Assembly (NCBI RefSeq): GCF_001194135.2
Contig: NC_068981.1
Span: 38,900,196-38,964,195 of the forward strand
Length of the DNA stretch: 64,000 nt
Source: Octopus bimaculoides
Taxonomy: Eukaryota
Direction of reading: 5' to 3'
Program-made: the position numbers and the translations under genes
Notes under the pieces: model-generated
Told to the model about the DNA's origin: nothing
Seen by the model: the letters and a program-made list of their open reading frames with translations, nothing else
The model's database searches: none
In this document: piece after piece, positions 49,677 through 61,603 of the stretch
How the letters are laid out: every line of letters starts with the position of its first letter
How positions within the stretch are numbered: position 1 is the first letter of the stretch

Positions 49677-51384
49677 AAGAAGGTCATTAATAATAATTAA
49701 GGAAACAATGGGACTAAAAATAGATTGAGGAAAACTGGATGACATGCTAGAGTAAGTAGGAGCATGATGGCCATTTAAGATAATTTAATTCAACATTCAT
49801 TCAGAAAAGATTAATAAATGCCAAGATTCTTCCAGAACTTCCAGCTTAAGCTGGCTGAGGGTCAGTAAACCAAACCTTCTTAAATACTTTCAATATAGTT
49901 AAGACAACAATACTTGTCTCAGTGTTATTATCTAAAGCATGACAGAAGCATTTCCTTGTTGTGGTGTTTATCAGAAAACAGACAAAGTGATTTAGGGTAC
50001 AAAACAAGTGCCTATTGATTATTGTCAATAATAAATATATATCATTTAATAAAATACCCCCAAAATGTTTATGATATATGTATCATTAATATTTCTGTTG
50101 GTACCTAGATTGAGAAAGAGCATCACCCTTTTGTACATTTGAGCTAATTGCAAAAAAACAAATGATTTTTGTTTGTTTCTTTTTGTTGGTTTAGCTCAGC
50201 TACAAGTGTAAACATATTGAGAATATGGTAAAAAATTTACAGACTTTAGTAAAATTAAGGAATAGTTTTTAACTGATGAAGAATATTATCATACCTGCAG
50301 GAAACTATGTAAAAAAAGTTACATGAAATCCCAAAATAAAGAACTTACAAATTCAAATCCTAATATTTGAATCTTTCTCAATTATTTAATTTATACCACC
50401 ATTAAAAAATGGATATACATGATGGATCACTTATTTATGTGTATGCGTATGTGTGGATGCTCTTGTGTGTGCTTGTGTGTGTGTGTATGTGTGTACAACA
50501 ACTGACTTTTATAATGGCATCAATCATTTTGAATAATATAGACCTCCTTATAGTCACATGTTCACAAATATATATACGAGTCAGAAGATATTCGAAACTA
50601 ATATCAGTGGGGCTTCCTAGTCCATTTGAGTCCTATCAACTACATATTTCCAACATGTAATGAAATAGATATTTTCCTTGCCTACAACTGGATCTCAGCA
50701 ATGTAGTTGCAAGTTTTTGAAATACACTTATATCATGCAAGAAAATTTTGATATTCTAGTAATTATCAAAGGAAATATCATATAGAAAATTGGCTTTCAT
50801 AAGATCAATAATCCAGCTATTAAATAAGTGTAATCTGAATTTAGGTATGACTACTCTATTGAAACAGAGTTATATCAGAGGAATCAGATTCACTTCTGGC
50901 TATTTATTCAATATTCCAGAATTTTAACCACTAAAGAACAAAGGTTCATTTATAACAGATGTTTTCATTATATATATATATATNNNNNNNNNNNNNNNNN
51001 NNNNNNTATATATAAAGTCAAGAGGTATGAAGGTGAATATAAATTTATTTAACCCCATGACTTCCACAGAATTATGGCTGTTTCACGACCTTCTTCATGT
51101 GGTGTTATATCATTAATTTCAGTATACAGTAAATTATGTGTACATGTTTGGATTAATATATGTGCTCAGCATTATACAATACAATTGTATATGCAAAAAG
51201 TAATGCAAGTAGAGAAAGCTAGCTCATCAGATCATCATGGCTACATCAGCAGTTCAACTTCAAATGTGCACATAAAAGTTACTCTTTATATATACGATGT
51301 ATGGACGACCTAAACTGAATAAAATTACATTGATTTCCTTTGTAAAAGGTGAAGATCAGAATACAAATATACTGTGGGTCTATT

Positions 51385-51830
51385 CATCATCAACATCATC
51401 ATTTAACGTCTGCTCTCCATATTGGCATAGGTTGGACAGTTTGACTGGAACTGGTAAGCTGAAGAGCTGTACCAGGAAGAGCTGCACCAATCTGATGCCC
51501 TTCCCTAACGCCAACCACTCTGAGAGTGTAATAGGTGCTTTTTATATGCCACTGGCATGGGTGCCATTTACATGACACTGACACATTCCACAATTATGGC
51601 TTCACTTGGCTTGATGGGTCTTCTCAAGCACAACATATCACCAAGGTCTCAGTCATTTGTCATCCCATCTGTGAAGCACAACATTCAAAGATCATGCTTC
51701 AACACCTTGTCCTTTGCCTCCGTGAGGCCCAACATCTGAAGATCATGCTACCAGCAATGGCCATGGTTACAATTTCATTGGTGTCATTTACATGACACCA
51801 GCAATGGTCATGCCTATGATTTAACTTGAT
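51385..51830 (-). mobile_element. RTE 3' UTR fragment (family C)
   Basis: (cat)n-tttaacgtc...gatgcccttccctaacgccaaccactctgagagtgta, plus the cacttggcttga module. Confidence 0.85.
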
Positions 51831-52246
51831 TTTTTTTCTTAACATAAGAATGCCCTTGTATCAATTAAGATAAAGTGCCAAATTGAAATTAAGGGATTCA
51901 CTATCCTTGATTTAAGTCAAATGATAAGAAATAACAAGAGATAAAATAAAATAATAGATAAACCAAAAAATGAAATAACATAAGATTATAAGAAAATAAT
52001 ATAAAAGATATTTACCAAAGTAATTGCACAGACAGGTAGGGAGAGGACAAAACAGCTGGTGATTTAAATATTCAACAGAATTCATGGATGATTGCTTCAA
52101 AGAGTGAGGTCAATTTTCCAATAACAAACTTCTATTAAAAGCCAACTGAGATCACAAAACAGCCACAGAAGGAATTTGAGTTTTCAAGAATGTTGCACTA
52201 CCAAATACCATACATGCACACATGCACGTGAATGCATGCATGCACG

Positions 52247-52305
<59 letters not shown>

Positions 52306-52559
52306 GCACAGCTGTGTAGTAAGAAGCTTGCTATTCAGTCACATGGTTAGTAAATAATAGGCAGTTGTCTATAGTTACCCTCACTGATTTTCAAAGAAAC
52401 ATGTCAACAGGGCATCTGACCTCTGTGACAGTATATATTTTTTCTTGTCTGTCCAAAGAACGATATCCATCCTGTAATGTTTACATTTGAGGGATGTTTT
52501 GATGGGAATGTTTCACCATCACTTAGATAAGTTTTGGCCTAAGTTGGTCCAGGCCATGT

Positions 52560-52720
52560 CTAATTAGATAATCAACTATTGGGCACATAGCGCATTCAAG
52601 CAGAGAGTTATTGTTTTTAGAGACATATCTGGGTGTGGGTGGCTTGCCTGGTATTTGTTGGAGATAATCATCTAGGGACTGTTTGAATGCTGTGAAATCA
52701 CTTAATACTTTAGGACAATT
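52560..52720 (-). mobile_element. LINE (CR1/L2-like) ORF2 extreme C-terminal remnant
   Basis: FTAFKQSLDDYLQQIPGKPPTPRYVSKNNNSLL resembles the FK..LD.YL..IPD.P...NSL terminus. Confidence 0.45.
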
Positions 52721-54234
52721 AAATGTTTAATTGTTTAAAAGGCAGTAACAAGCTACAAACATTTCTTTGGGGAAGCCTGCAGGCAATTGTTTATCCTGTC
52801 ACAAGTAGTTACCTAATCTCATTTCAACTGTGTTCTACCCTCTTGAAAAAAGGAAAGACACATTGGACAAAGTTCAGAGATAAAATGCTCATGGCTCAGT
52901 TATATTCAATCATACAACAACTTTCTCCATCCTATTCTTATTCTAGCCAATTACATTTTCGGTACATCCTTCTCTGCTTCTAATTAGGTCACCTAGGTAG
53001 CAGAAACTATGAAGGAGATGACATAGGATGAAGATATATATCGCATTGCTGCACTCAAGAAGACCCACTTATCACAACAAAATTGATATCCTAAAACCAT
53101 TTTGGTTACGCTTATCCGTGAGGGGTTCTGCCCCATCAACTGTCTCCCCATCACCCACTTTTCAACTCGTAATACCTATCACATCCTTTATCTCCTGTCA
53201 GCAGAATAGGCACATTCTATACCCTTTGACTTTCTTAGTTATCAGCTTTCCCTCCAATTACCTTCTTTCCTTACCTACAACCTCCAGCAGTCACACCCTT
53301 TCTGCACCTTCTCCTTTCTGTGCCTTCTCTCCTCTCCCTGTACTTTATCCATCATCAACTCCTTGCTTGCTTGCTATCACCCTCAATGCCTTCATATATT
53401 TACTGCAACCCCCAGCCCCGAGCCTTTCCTATATTTCTCTTCATCATTGCTACAATCACCTCATCCAGCCCAGTACCCCCAACGTCCCTGGAGGGCATGT
53501 TCTGCCACATCCCCACTGTCATTTCTCTCACTATCACTCCCTTCATCTTACTCTCTCCAACTCACTCTCCTTTGTTTTTCCAACTGGAGTACCCATGTAT
53601 CTACTCTGCTGCATGATAACTATGTCTGTCCCCTTTAAACCTTAAATCTCTCCACTGACACAAAGCTACACCCAACAATACTATTTGCCCCCTCCTTGTT
53701 AAGGTATCTTTGTCTTGAAAGGTACATGGCGATCCTTTTAGTGCTGGTATCACATACAAAGTACTAGGGTTGCTCAGGAATTTATCAGCTCCTGTCAAAT
53801 CACCCAACTAGTGCACAAAAACCTGCAAGGGTGCATCCATGAGGCAAAAAATAAAATATCTTCAATTAAATCAGTTTTCAGGTATGTAGCTTACTCCCAT
53901 TTCACTCTTACTGTTTAAGCTGTTTCTTTTTCTTTAATATGAAAGTTAGAGATTTCATTAAAGGGTGATTTCAAATTTTAATCTTGTGGAGAGAGTTCCA
54001 AACACCTGATAGTTAAATTGTCAGGCCCACAAATATAAAGTCAATATATAGATTCCTAGATCGTGTATTGTGTTGTATTCTTGGATAAGGCATTTAATTT
54101 CAAATTGCTCCTGACTATTCAGCTAAAAATGTACTGCATTTGCTGCAGAGTCACTTCTCACAGTCTATGTGCCAAAAATCTTGGAAATACAAGATGTCAG
54201 TTGCTCTTGTCAATAGCTATAGTACACTGAAAGA

Positions 54235-54345
54235 TGATGATGACAATGACGACGACGACAACGATGATGACGATGATGATGATGACAATGACGACAGCAA
54301 CGATGACAATGATGATGAAGATGACTACACTTATAATGATGACAT
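54235..54345. repeat. Compound (GAT/GAC/AAT) trinucleotide microsatellite
   Basis: Directly visible; explains the poly-D and poly-M/T ORFs. Confidence 0.9.
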
Positions 54346-55959
54346 CATTGTCCACTCCTACTTGTAATCACTGGTCTATAAATCATGAGTTGAATTCTTA
54401 TCAGCCAGTCAAACTGAGGTACATAAATTTATGTGCCCTCCCCAGTCATACATAATATAATAGTTGTAGCGAATACTGAATGTGTCAGTTCCTAACAACA
54501 CTTTTCAGATCATTATGTTTATGTTTTAATCAATTTTTTTCCTGTGTATTAGTAATGTCTCAAAAGATATCTTAAATCAAGAAACTATTTTCTCACATCA
54601 GTTAAAAACTATCAATCAATCAAACTTATTCCAACATATTTTTAATGTTCTTAATTTATGCGAGATATTTCTCCTTTCTATTTTGATATTACTCCTTTCT
54701 GGTTTGATATTTTAAAACAATTTTTGAAGAGAAAATCTAGTTTGAAATATTGTACTCTCAAAGCAGGTTTCTTTAAAAATTATGTTGTAATTTTTCTATT
54801 TGTTTCTTTCATGTTTAAAATACTTCATAAAATTAAAAAAATACATGTGCACTTGATATTCTCTAGAAATACCAGCCATTCCTCCCTCAAACTACACCCC
54901 ACCATGTTAGAAATGAAACAACATATTAGACAAGGTAGTCCTGATATAAAATAAGGTAAAATGGTCAGATTTGGACACCCTTTGCTCATAGGTCTTCTAA
55001 ATGAAGGCTAGGACTAAACAACATTTAAAAGAACAGACATCCCTCTAGTAACTGACTCACTACACACAGATGTATCTCTATTAATTTTTACATTTATATT
55101 GAAGGAGCCAAATCATAGTTGACTCTGATACAAAGCGATTTTGTCTGAAAAGTTTCTACAAGTATATTGTCTCATTAAAAGTCGCTGTGAGATAGGCCTT
55201 TCAAGTATATTCTTCTATCTAAAAATCCATTAGTTATAGAAAATGGACCTTAGTTTTAAAGATGAATGCAAATAATCACCATATGTATTATATAGATGAG
55301 GAAGCCTTTCTTGTATAACTATATTACATAAACATCCCCTAACAACCTAGCTCTGCTAAATATTTATCTACATTTAGCTGTATTGCTTTCTTAAGTGTTT
55401 CACTATATCAAATGATGTTTTGTGCTAGTTCTCTACACTTGACTATAGGTGAGGTCTCCTTTTACTCCACCTGACTTGAAGGTTCTAAATAGAATCATGA
55501 GTTTTCTCCTTCTCTGACTAAATTATACACACCCTAAAGTCTAACAAAGACACATCTTTGTTACCACCAACCTACACCTTTCTATTTCTTACTCCAAACT
55601 TTTCTTCAGACAGCTAAAACCAGCCACCATACTACTTGGAAAACATACACAAAGAAAAAGACCATGATGGTATCAACAGCAAAACATTCCTGTTCTCCAT
55701 TCTACCACTGACATCAGAAAAGCATAATGGCTCTGTAAACCCACTTATAATCAAAATACTAAACACTTCCTTAAGAAACTATACAAAGCCTATGAAGTAT
55801 TCAACAGCAACACATAAAATGTAAATTTTAGCCAGAAGAGCAACATAAAGATCTTTTCTTTCAGCAGATACATGTACTTGTCCCTCTAGCATACTTTAGC
55901 CTGTCAACACCTTGCATAAAACCTCTCAAATATTCTCCCCCTCACTCTGTCGAGGGTTT

Positions 55960-56190
55960 TTTTTCCAGTTCTCTCCTTGTCTTGTAAGTTACTTGGTAAC
56001 CTCACTAGAGCCAACAACACCAAAGAAGCACCCACTGCACACTGTTAAGAGGTTGGCATTAAGAAGGGCATCCAACCATAGAAACCATGCCAAAACTGAC
56101 TCTGGGGTTTGATGTAGCCCAGTGTCTTGCTGGATCCTGTCAAAACGTCTAACTCATGCCAGATGATAAACAATGATGATGATGAAGATG
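55960..56190 (+). mobile_element. RTE 3'-end fragment (family C)
   Basis: ggttggcattaagaagggcatccaaccatagaaaccatgcc...aatgatgatgatg. Confidence 0.75.
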
Positions 56191-57289
56191 GTGGTGGTGC
56201 CTACCTGAGCCTTCATGAAACACAGCTTTATATAAAGATGAGATCATACTTACCTCCTCACAAAAACACACATCTGTTGCTACACATCTACTCCAACCCT
56301 ACCTCAGCCACCTAGTAGTCTTGTTCAATATAAATACACAAAAAATAGCAACTACCAAATCCACCATCTCCGTGTCTGACAGCAACATCAAACAACATCA
56401 AAATACAACCATCACATTCACTAAAATTAATATATCATACAGATAAGAAAAATACAAGGAGTTACCTAAAGCACTTCTACAACATTGACAGCACAACATA
56501 GAAAACATAGTAAAGAAAATGCAAGCACTCTGAGGTCCACTTAGCAGTGCCATGTTTTGTCAACACACTGAAACAGAAATACAACCTATAAGGAACTTAT
56601 TGGATCAATCACATATATTATACTAGCCCTATTGAGCACTCAAGTGTACCGCTATGACTGTTAGCCACAGGCCTAGCTTTGGAGTTTATAAGTTCACTTC
56701 ACAGTTATGGGTTATTAGATTCCTTCTCCTTAGATAACATTTTAGGTAAGTGTCTTTTACTATAGCCTCATGTTGATCAAAGCCTTCTGTTTTCAGTAAC
56801 CTATGACACAAGTCAGTTCTTATAAAATAGACCTATGATAAAAGGCAGTTGAGTGGTAACTATTTCTTTTCTGAGAACCATATTATCCAATGTAAACTGT
56901 CTTTACTGAATCATAGAATGTGATTTGAGAGAAATCTGGCAGCTGTATGTGTCATAAATTTTTGAAATCAAAACCGGCTGAATCTAAAAAAATACTAACC
57001 ACAACTGAGAAATTATGCATCATAGGTCTGTTTGATCAACTCACCCATTATGTGTCATAATGCCTAATAAGACCTGCTGGTGTTGAATACCAAAAATTTA
57101 AATATATATCTATGTTAGCTATTTCATTCTAATCTATTGCCTAGTTTGTTATCACCACCACTTGGATGCCTTTAAAGAAGTACATCCTGTTACAAGCTTT
57201 CAGACGAGGTCTCCAAACCAAGGATATGTTTGTATTGATTGCTTCACTAAATCTGGGCACAATGATACATTAACTGATACACTAAATAT

Positions 57290-57750
57290 GATATATGTCA
57301 ATAAATAAGCATGTGTTAACCCCTATGACATAGCTTAACTTATCAGATATAATAGCCATATTTGTATCTTCTGTCTTTAAAATGCAAGGAAGGATAATAT
57401 TGTTGAATAATTTAGTTTGAGAAAAACATTGTCTGAAAAAGGTGAGATGGTCATGACTAAAATGCCTTTGATCATTTAAGACTGACCTGGGTTTAAATAA
57501 CTACAACTAGTTCACTATACCTGAATTTAACACTAAATGCACAGTGAGTCAAGGAGGGATCCTTTATGGTTACTCAATTTACTAGAAATAGCAAACAAAG
57601 ATGGCTCATATCACACCTTGTCATCTTTTAAAACTAGAAAGAATGTAGTTCTATGTACTTTGAACAAGTAAGATGGTCATGGCTGGAATGCATGTAACTG
57701 TGATTCTATTAGTCCAGAATTGATCTGGGGTTAAACAACAGAAACAGCTT
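57290..57750 (+). mobile_element. Two adjacent decayed family E repeats
   Basis: gatggtcatg(a/g)ct..aatgc...ctga.ctggg.ttaaa occurs near 57450 and near 57675. Confidence 0.55.
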
Positions 57751-58859
57751 TTGACCTATCTAAATTTGCCATACTATACTCAGTGGTAGTTAGTTATTTC
57801 ATTACAGCTGAATGCTTTTAGCTGGATCATTGTAAATGATCACACCTATAATTTGTACAAGAGCAATACGTTTCATACTAAGTTGTTTTATTTGTTTCTT
57901 TCTCAGAGAAGTGCCACCATATCTATTCAATTAATTTTAACTTTTAACATCAAAATTTCCTATCCATCATAATACATACATAATATATCATTCTCATTTA
58001 CTTTGATTTTCTTTATTTTATATATTACAGTATTTAAAACAGACTTTTATATTTCTAGTTATTTTTAACATCACACATTTTTATTCTGAACTTTAAACCT
58101 TTAGACAATTATGGTTTCTGGTTAATTCTTTAACTTATCGCAAGAAAGAAAAATGAAGCTCTATATAATTACCTCAAGGAAGTACTAAAATCAGCGATGA
58201 AAATATATGGGAAATTTAGAACAGAGAATGACATTAAATTGATTTCCCTAGATACATATAGTAACATAGAAAACAAGGCAAAACAAAGTCAAGAACATTA
58301 CTTTGAATAAAGGTTAAAATAAGAGTAGAATTGACTATTCGGTGTGAAAACAAATGATAGACTTTGACAGGTTATAATTCTCAAGGGTTAAGAAAGTATA
58401 CAACTGTACTTTTTCAGCCAATGAAAAGTGAAGAAATATTTATATCAAACAATTCTCTATCCGATATTAGATCTATAATTATTTTTGATGAATCACTGAT
58501 TATCATTGAGTTGAGAATGAAAGTGATAGCTGAGATTTGTATCCATGAAAGTTCACCAGCTAAAAACAGAAGGTATAGCTTCTCTACATTAATTATATAT
58601 CAGGATTTCAACTTTATCATACCAGTGAAATGAGGAACGAGGTGTTCATTTTCCTTCTTCTTACTTTATTGTTTTTACTTCGAAGAAAATTTTAAAAAAT
58701 AATTATTAAGTAAGACAAAGAAGTTTGGAAAGTAGTTAACTTTATTCACAGACACAAATAAAGAAATCATTAAAAATTCACAATAAAGTTCTTTCACACT
58801 TCAATATAAATAATGTGTATGTATTTATATATCTTCACAAATACACACGGGAACACACA

Positions 58860-58896
<37 letters not shown>

Positions 58897-58899
<3 letters not shown>

Positions 58900-59165
58900 T
58901 CATCATCATCATTGTTTAACGTCCGCTTTCCATGCTAGCATGGGTTGGACGATTTGACTGAGGACTGGTGAAACCGGATGGCTACACCAGGCTCCAATCT
59001 AATTTGGCAGAGTTTCTACAGCTGGATGCCCTTCCTAACGCCAACCACTCAGAGAGTGTAGTGGGTGCTTTTACGTGTCACCCGCACGAAAACGGCCATG
59101 CTCGAAATGGTGTCTTTTATGTGCCACCCGCACAAGCCAGTCCAGGGGCACTGGCAACGATCTCA
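58897..59165 (-). mobile_element. Relatively young RTE 3'-end fragment (family C)
   Basis: (cat)n-gtttaacgtccgctttccatgctagcatgggttggacg...ccttcctaacgccaaccactc; retains CpGs. Confidence 0.9.
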
Positions 59166-59287
59166 ACATACACACACACACACACACACATATTGATGCT
59201 TATTTGTATATTGAGATATAATGAAAACAATTTTACATTAAACTGAAGGATTACTCAATACTTTTCTGTAAAAGTACATATTTATTT

Positions 59288-59413
59288 TACATTTATGAGG
59301 AGTGTGGTGACAGTGATTTCATAATGTCAGTCTGCTAGCCTCCAATGAACTATGATGAAAGTTTAGCAGGGCAAAACTTCGAAGTCACTATCACCATACT
59401 TCTTGTAAATGTA
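59288..59413. mobile_element. 126-bp hairpin/MITE-like element
   Basis: 59288-59320 against the reverse complement of 59381-59413: 27 of 33 identical. Confidence 0.7.
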
Positions 59414-59587
59414 TAATGTATATATATGTGTGTGTGTATGTGTCTATGTAGACACACCCAAACACACATACACATGCACATATATGTATGCATCTCTATA
59501 TAGCCTTCTCTAGAGGTATGAACAGACAAGGAAGGAGCTGTTCTACTCTCTTAACTCCCTAGAACTTAAGTTTGGTATAGTGACTAA

Positions 59588-60456
59588 CCTTAAACTGGGT
59601 TGCTTCTCTTTTAATTTTTCATGCATACAATCAATTTCCTGACAATAGGATGTTGCTGTTACAGTTTTTCCTTGTTGCAAAAACGAATAACGAATAACCC
59701 CCTTTGTTGACCACCATACAGTGACCATCAATTTTTTAGGGTTAATGGTGATTTTGGGTAGTGTTTTGGTGACTCTCCTGCATCTAACCACTGTTCTGTT
59801 CTCCAGCTGTTATCAAAGTGTATCCATTTCTCATCACACGTAATGAGTTGATACAAAAATAGTTCTCTTTCCAACCAAGAAATCAACATGGAACACACTG
59901 TAAGGCGTCTGTTTCTCTGAATCTCATTAAATTGATGGGGAACAAACCTATCCATCTTTTTGACTTTTCCAATTTTCTTCAAGTGCTTGGAAGCAGTTGC
60001 AGGAGATGTCTGGAGCTCTGATCCAATTTTTCGGACTGTTTTCTCAGATTTCGTTTAACCAAAGCATTCAATTCATCATGCCGAATAACTGAGTTTGGTC
60101 ACCTCCTTGATTCTTTTTTAAGGCTTTCATTTCCTGAATGAAATCTGTGGAACCATCTCTGAACAGTTCTAATGTCAGCAGAATCATTACCAAAAGCCCA
60201 CTGATGTTTCGCAGAGCTTTGGTGGCAGAGCGACCCAACTTGTATTCATACAAGAAAACTACTTGGTATTGTTCAATTGTCAACATTGTCATAAGAGCTG
60301 TGAGTAGCAATTTTGAATAATAGTATCATCTAGAAAGAAAAAGAGTTAAGAGTAAACACAGGCATATACATAGAGACTCATTAAAAGTCCATTTATAGAT
60401 GACTCATTTAAAGAAGCCCATTTAAAATACGACATTTCATGTGAGACAACTTGATA
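59588..60456 (-). mobile_element. 3'-truncated mariner (DD34D-type) transposon, pseudogenised
   Basis: Frameshifted ORFs FLYEYKLGRSAT (HTH), FVPHQFNE, LITCDEKWIHFDN and PKKLMVTVWW...YCQEID; the second and third catalytic D are missing. Confidence 0.9.
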
Positions 60457-60469
60457 TATACGTATTTAT

Positions 60470-60557
60470 ACTTATACACACACACACACACATATATATA
60501 GATAGATAGATATGTACACACACACACACACACACACACATATAGATAGATAGATAT

Positions 60558-60604
<47 letters not shown>

Positions 60605-60620
60605 CACACACACATATACT
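60470..60620. repeat. Higher-order microsatellite [(CA)n-TATA-GATAGATAGATATGTA] repeats
   Basis: Directly visible. Confidence 0.9.
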
Positions 60621-61277
60621 GTAAAAACCCATGTAATTTATGCCCTTTATTCGCAAAAATAAAAACAAACTTTAGTGGGTGCATAAATTACACGAGTAGA
60701 TTGTTTCCAGAATTTAACAAAAAATGTTTTTGTTGCAAAAAGACGTACAAGACATAAAAATTCATATCAGAAGTTGACTCATTTAATGTCAGAATAGGTT
60801 TTTATAGAAAAAAAAATGGATTAAATACACATAATAAAGTTGTCTTTTATTTATGCTGGACGGTATAATGCTTACTTTTCCTTCCTCTGTTGGTTGTGTA
60901 AAGTGTCATCCAAGATAATGTTTATTGGTAATTAAACTTGATTTACAATACCTGTGCATATTTATCAGCTTTGTTTTTGTTGGTAATTTTATCAACTACT
61001 TTTCCTGTGATAGTAATTTGCCAAGGCATACAACAGTATGTTAAAGATCGAACATAATCTCTTGTGGGCAAGAAATGTAAAATAAAGGTTATGATAAACA
61101 ACACATAGACTTTTTAATTCAATAGCTTTCAATGTGATACATGTTAAACAGAAATCCTTTTTATTTAATGAAAATTTAATATAAGATAACCAAAGCTTTT
61201 TGTATGAAACTGGATAGGCAGAATGCATGTAGAAAATTATGCTGTTGGCCAGCATCTGATGTACTATCATTTGTCAT

Positions 61278-61603
61278 GTGAAGGCCTGTAGCTTAGTGGT
61301 TAGAGTAATCAGCTCACAATCATAAGATTGTGAGTTTGATTCCTGGCAGTGTGTTGTGTTCTTGAGCAAGACATTTTATTTCCTGTTGCTTCAATCCACA
61401 CCTGGCGAAAATGAGCTGTACTTGTATTTCAATGGGTTAGTCTTGTCACATTCTATGTCACACTGAATCTCCCTGAGATCTATGTTGAAGGTACTTATGT
61501 CTGTGGAGCGCTCAGCCAATGGCTTATTAATATCACGAGCAGGTTGTTCTGTTGATCAGATCAACTGGAACCCAGGTTGTCATAACCAATGGAGTGTCAG
61601 TTC
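61278..61603 (+). mobile_element. SINE D-type head with a different body, 12-bp TSD
   Basis: tagcttagtggttagag...ctcacaatcat...gagtttgattcc...ttcttgagcaagac; TSD atcatttgtcat at 61266-61277 and 61604-61615. Confidence 0.85.

Noticed and set aside
53028-53645. 205-aa plus-strand ORF, the longest without gaps
   Set aside because: C/T-rich low-complexity sequence lacks stops for compositional reasons; no domain recognised; it lies beside RTE debris and is probably decayed LINE UTR.
4711-60684. Many HTHT/VCVC/YIYI/poly-D ORFs
   Set aside because: Translations of (CA)n, (TA)n and (GAT)n microsatellites.
26510-61603. tRNA genes
   Set aside because: The A/B boxes belong to SINE heads that run into SINE bodies; no complete cloverleaf is seen.
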